Of a stretch of 19,341 nucleotides of DNA, positions 16,162 to 19,341 are shown in pieces. Source of the DNA: a bacterium. Lineage in GTDB: Bacteria > Zhuqueibacterota > Zhuqueibacteria > Oceanimicrobiales > Oceanimicrobiaceae. Location: positions 1 through 19,341 of the forward strand of contig JBHHXN010000097.1 in NCBI GenBank assembly GCA_046757025.1, written 5' to 3'. The notes beneath the pieces were generated by a model, which was not told where the DNA came from, did not search any database, and saw nothing but the letters and a program-made list of their open reading frames with translations. The stretch's first letter is position 1. Each line of letters opens with the position of its first letter. A program made the position numbers and the translations under genes.

Positions 16162-16414
16162 TTGAATTCAGGGCTGGTTGGGTTTTGTGTACGGCACTCT
16201 GAAGCAAGACGGCCGGGTCTGCAGGTTATATTTTTCGCAGTGCGTTTCCATGACTACTGGCCAACTGTTAGTAATGAAATTTGAATGCCATTTGGAGATT
16301 GCTTCGACTCGCTGGACTGCGCGAGTCTCGCAGCGACCACGCCCGGGTAGGTCACTGCGTGTCCGGTGTTTTGTACGGGAAGAAGCCGTCTGTTTGACCA
16401 GACGACTTGAATAA
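16162..16414 (+). pseudogene. Possible decayed gamma-glutamylcyclotransferase (GGCT/AIG2/YtfP-like) gene
   Basis: FVYGTLKQ at 16184-16207 and VSGVLY at 16359-16376 in another frame. An AAGAGGA RBS and TTG 16162 are one base out of frame with FVYGTLK. A family-B repeat lies between the motifs. Confidence 0.4.
16294..16336. repeat. REP-like repeat, family B, copy 2
   Basis: ggagattgcttcgactcgctggac-tgcgc-gagtctcgcagcga, near-identical to 9743-9785. Confidence 0.8.
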
Positions 16415-16574
16415 AAGCGAACTCGAGGGATGGAAAAGACACAAGCGACCACTCCTATTTCAAAACAAAAGGATCGCGTCTCGACCAATCTTTTGAATTT
16501 ACATTGAAACACAACATGTTGTTGAATCCAGGTGAAGGTGTCATTTTATTATCACTAAAAGAAGGAATAATAAG

Positions 16575-17363
16575 GTGATCAAATTTTCAAAATTAATCGG
16601 ACTGATGTTGCTCATCGCCGTGACGGGCTGCGCCTCCAAAAGCCGATTTAGAACTTATGAAACCGAGATCGACAGTTTAAAACGAGAATTGAAGTTCCTC
16701 AAAGAACAGAACTCGCAGCTTAGAAGGGAGCTGGACGAGCTGAAAAAGCCGTTCACGAATCAGGAGGCGCTCATTCGACAGAATAAGGCCGACCTGGCCA
16801 CACAAATCGAAGAAATTAGCCGGCAATTGGAGGAAGTGCAAAATCAACTGCAGGACACAAACTACCGAATCACCGCGCTGATGCAGCGCAGCGGCGGTTT
16901 CGAAACCGAATTGGTTCAGAATGAAAATGAAACCACAGCCGCGGATTCAACCACGGAAGAAAATGCCACCAAGCCGTTTTCAGTGGACGAATCGCGAAAA
17001 CTGTACAACACCGCCCACCGCGATTTAATTCGGGGGAACTACCAGTTAGCGCTGCAGGGATTTAATCAATTCATCCAGCAATACCCCAATTCCGAGCTGG
17101 CCGATAATGCGCAATATTGGATTGGGGAAGTCTATTATGCACAGGGGCGGTACTCCACCGCCATCGAAGAATTCGAAAAGGTAGTACGGCGCTACCGCGA
17201 TGGGGACAAACGACCCGCTGCGCTGCTGAAAATCGGCTACGCATACATCAGCCTGGATGAAATTGAACAGGGAAAATTATACCTGGAAGATGTGATCAAA
17301 GAATTTCCCGAATCAGAAGAAGCCAATCTCGCCAAAGGCAGATTGACCTCGCTGAAGCGGTAA
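16575..17363 (+). CDS. cpoB: CpoB/YbgF: coiled coil plus TPR tol-pal protein, predicted lipoprotein
   Basis: Lipobox AVTG-C; heptad coiled coil; TPRs FIQQYPNSELADNAQYWIGEVYY, KRPAALLKIGY and VIKEFPESEEANLAK. Located after pal. Confidence 0.93.
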   Translation: MIKFSKLIGLMLLIAVTGCASKSRFRTYETEIDSLKRELKFLKEQNSQLRRELDELKKPFTNQEALIRQNKADLATQIEEISRQLEEVQNQLQDTNYRITALMQRSGGFETELVQNENETTAADSTTEENATKPFSVDESRKLYNTAHRDLIRGNYQLALQGFNQFIQQYPNSELADNAQYWIGEVYYAQGRYSTAIEEFEKVVRRYRDGDKRPAALLKIGYAYISLDEIEQGKLYLEDVIKEFPESEEANLAKGRLTSLKR

Positions 17364-17435
17364 CTTCACCACAACATTTTCATCTGGATATTCAACGTAG
17401 GTCTTAACATACTATTTTCTTAATGAGGTGTTTTA

Positions 17436-17948
17436 ATGAATGGTTGTAAAAATAAATCGGATTGGGCTTTTTTCGTAATGATAAGCCTCGTTCTCATCAC
17501 CATGCAAGCCATGGCAGATGACGCGGATGTCAGCAAACAAGAAGCCCTGCAAAAGGAAATCGAGCACAGTCTGGTAGCCCCCTGCTGCTGGAACATGACC
17601 GTGGATCAACACGACTCGCCAAAGTCTCACGAAGTTAAAATAAAAATTTCCGAATTGCTCAAACAGGGCAAAAGCAAGCAGGAAATTCTGGATTACTTTG
17701 TGGCCCAGCCGCAGTACGGCGAACGCATACTGGCGGCGCCCTCCCGGAAATCCTTGCTTGGCAAAATGGCTTACTGGCTCATCGCTATGGCCATGGTGTT
17801 TGGCGCGGTAGTCGTTGGTTACACTATCAAACGATTGTCCCAATCCAAAGCGCCGCAACCAGACAAATCCACGCCTTCGCCGGCACAGCAGGCCAGCGCC
17901 GAGAAATGGGACAAGATCATCGAAAACGAGCTCAAAAGCTTTGAATGA
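17436..17948 (+). CDS. CcmH/CcmL/NrfF-like cytochrome c biogenesis protein (APCC variant)
   Basis: Signal-like N-terminus; LVAPCCWNMTVDQHDS at the position of LRCxxC; ISELLKQGKSKQEILDYFV...YGERILAAP; one TM segment; C-terminal IENEL. Confidence 0.8.
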   Translation: MNGCKNKSDWAFFVMISLVLITMQAMADDADVSKQEALQKEIEHSLVAPCCWNMTVDQHDSPKSHEVKIKISELLKQGKSKQEILDYFVAQPQYGERILAAPSRKSLLGKMAYWLIAMAMVFGAVVVGYTIKRLSQSKAPQPDKSTPSPAQQASAEKWDKIIENELKSFE

Positions 17949-17951
17949 GGC

Positions 17952-18380
17952 ATGCCTTCCAAGTCAGCCCGCATGCACACCGCCGAGCACATCCTGACCG
18001 CGGTGATGAAAAAGCACTACTGGGCCCCGCGCAATATGGAATTTCATCTCGGCGAGAAAAAGACCAAATGTGACTACGAAGTACCACGTCCCCTCACCGA
18101 CCAGGACCTTCAGGAAATCGAAAAACGCGTGAACCAGGAAATCGCTAACAACCACCCGGTCTCTGCTTTCATGGTGGCACGCGACCAGGCCGCGCAGTAC
18201 GACCTCTGGAAAGTCCCCGCGGATCACCAATCCATCCGCATCGTAAAAATAGGCGAGTTCGACGAAACGCCCTGTGGCGGAGAGCACGTCACCAACACCG
18301 AAGAAATCGGCCATTTTCGTATCAGCAGTTATGAACTGCGGGAAAACGGCCGCGTGCGTATTCGATTCAAACTGGAATGA
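17952..18380 (+). CDS. Free-standing AlaX-type aminoacyl-tRNA editing protein (small form, tRNA_SAD domain)
   Basis: Zn ligands HTAEH (HxxxH) and PCGGEH (CxxxH); IRIVKIGEFD, HVTNTEEIG and RIRFKL; 142 aa. Confidence 0.9.
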   Translation: MPSKSARMHTAEHILTAVMKKHYWAPRNMEFHLGEKKTKCDYEVPRPLTDQDLQEIEKRVNQEIANNHPVSAFMVARDQAAQYDLWKVPADHQSIRIVKIGEFDETPCGGEHVTNTEEIGHFRISSYELRENGRVRIRFKLE

Positions 18381-18462
18381 CCGGCTCCGCGTCTCTGTCT
18401 AACTAACATTGACAAGGTTTGAAACCCGTTCCGTGTTATTTCTTCCTCATTTCTTATTTTAT

Positions 18463-18510
18463 AATCAATGAAATTCGATTGATTTATTAAATTCAATGAG
18501 ATCTCATTGA
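18463..18510. promoter_or_regulatory. Tandem palindromic operator-like sites TCAAT-N8-ATTGA
   Basis: aatcaat-gaaattcg-attgatt (18463-18484) and the perfect 18-bp palindrome tcaatgagatctcattga (18493-18510). TATAAT at 18460-18465 overlaps the first site. Confidence 0.6.
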
Positions 18511-19154
18511 TGAACAAACTTGAACTTTCCAAAAATTATTATTTGCTTTTGATCGACATAAAAAGATCTACTAAGATCTTTACATCGACAAGACAAAAAG
18601 TTTTTGAGATGTTAGATGCAAAACTCAAAGAGCTCAATGAAAAGTTAACACCGGTCCCCGCAATCAAATTGAGTATCAGCTACGGCGACGAAATAGCCGG
18701 TTTATTTGATTCAGCAGGTCAAATCTACGAAATCGTTCACGAATTAAGAGAAGCCATCCATACAAATGCACAATTTCGATTTGTTGTGAGTTACGGAAAG
18801 ACCGGGGCGGTTTCCAATGATATTCGAAGAATTGGTGGAGAGATTTTTAAACAAGCGGATAATCTGATAAAACGCTTAAAAAAGCAGGATGGTTTTTGTA
18901 TCTGGTCTCTTGGTGATTTGCAGCAAAGTGACGTTTTGAATTCGCTCACTGAAATGAGCAATGCCTTATTAGAACACATGACTCCTTATCAACGCCAGGT
19001 CTGGAATCTTCTGGAGCACGGTATGACTCAAAAACAAATTTCAGAGAAGTTACATAAGTACCCACAATCCGTCTCCCATGCGTTAAAACGCGGGCATGCG
19101 GATTTAGTTTTAAATGCAGGAAGGCTCATTAACCGGATTCTTACACAAATATGA
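18510..19154 (+). CDS. SatD-family protein with C-terminal helix-turn-helix
   Basis: LLIDIKRST...SYGDEIAGL...FRFVVSYG...GGEIFKQA fits the SatD pattern, followed by MTPYQRQV...GMTQKQISEKLHKYPQSVSHALKRG (HTH). Start is ATG 18510 or TTG 18507. Confidence 0.8.
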   Translation: MNKLELSKNYYLLLIDIKRSTKIFTSTRQKVFEMLDAKLKELNEKLTPVPAIKLSISYGDEIAGLFDSAGQIYEIVHELREAIHTNAQFRFVVSYGKTGAVSNDIRRIGGEIFKQADNLIKRLKKQDGFCIWSLGDLQQSDVLNSLTEMSNALLEHMTPYQRQVWNLLEHGMTQKQISEKLHKYPQSVSHALKRGHADLVLNAGRLINRILTQI

Positions 19155-19184
19155 ATCAATCGAAAACCATTTAATCCTAATGCA

Positions 19185-19294
19185 GCGAAAAGCCGCAAAC
19201 CGAAAAGCGAAATTCGCAAAAAGGAATTCCAGAGTTGGCTTGTCTATTTCAAAATCTATAGACGACGAATTTCGGTTTCCGGTTTTCGATTTTT
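19185..19294. repeat. Inverted arrays of degenerate ~7-nt CGAAAA-type units forming a long hairpin
   Basis: Left arm gcgaaaa gccgcaaa ccgaaaa gcgaaat tcgcaaa; right arm cgaattt cggtttc cggtttt cgatttt; inner gtctat/atagac stem. Confidence 0.5.
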
Positions 19295-19341
19295 ATTTTT
19301 CTTGGCAAAAAAATGCAAAAGTTCAGTGTTAATACTATAAC

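Noticed and set aside
18409..18440. TTGACA upstream of satD as a -35 element
   Set aside because: There is no acceptable -10 hexamer at 16-18 nt spacing, and the TATAAT at 18460 is too far away.

Overview
Chromosomal window from a diderm (Gram-negative) bacterium; the lineage cannot be fixed from sequence alone. The minus-strand left arm encodes a sodium:solute symporter, a two-module M16 zinc protease, an MltD-like LysM lytic transglycosylase and a small SWIM Zn-finger protein. The plus strand encodes a signal-less S8 subtilase with a truncated CFI-box-CTERM-like tail, a GYF_2 + MinD/FlhG-type ATPase with a 4-Cys tail, a stand-alone groES, a full tolQ-tolR-tolA-tolB-pal...cpoB cluster, a CcmH/CcmL-like protein with an APCC motif, a small AlaX editing protein and a SatD-HTH protein. 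The intergenic DNA is informative. It holds two diverged copies of a ~150-bp MITE, two families of REP-like hairpins, a candidate ~125-nt structured RNA between the SWIM and subtilase promoters, a probable decayed gamma-glutamylcyclotransferase gene between pal and cpoB, and repeated TCAAT-N8-ATTGA palindromes around the SatD-HTH gene. No CRISPR array, rRNA, tRNA or transposase was recognised. The best candidates for undescribed biology are the SWIM / RNA / subtilase / GYF-ATPase / groES block and the SatD operator system. Both are inferences that need comparative genomics.
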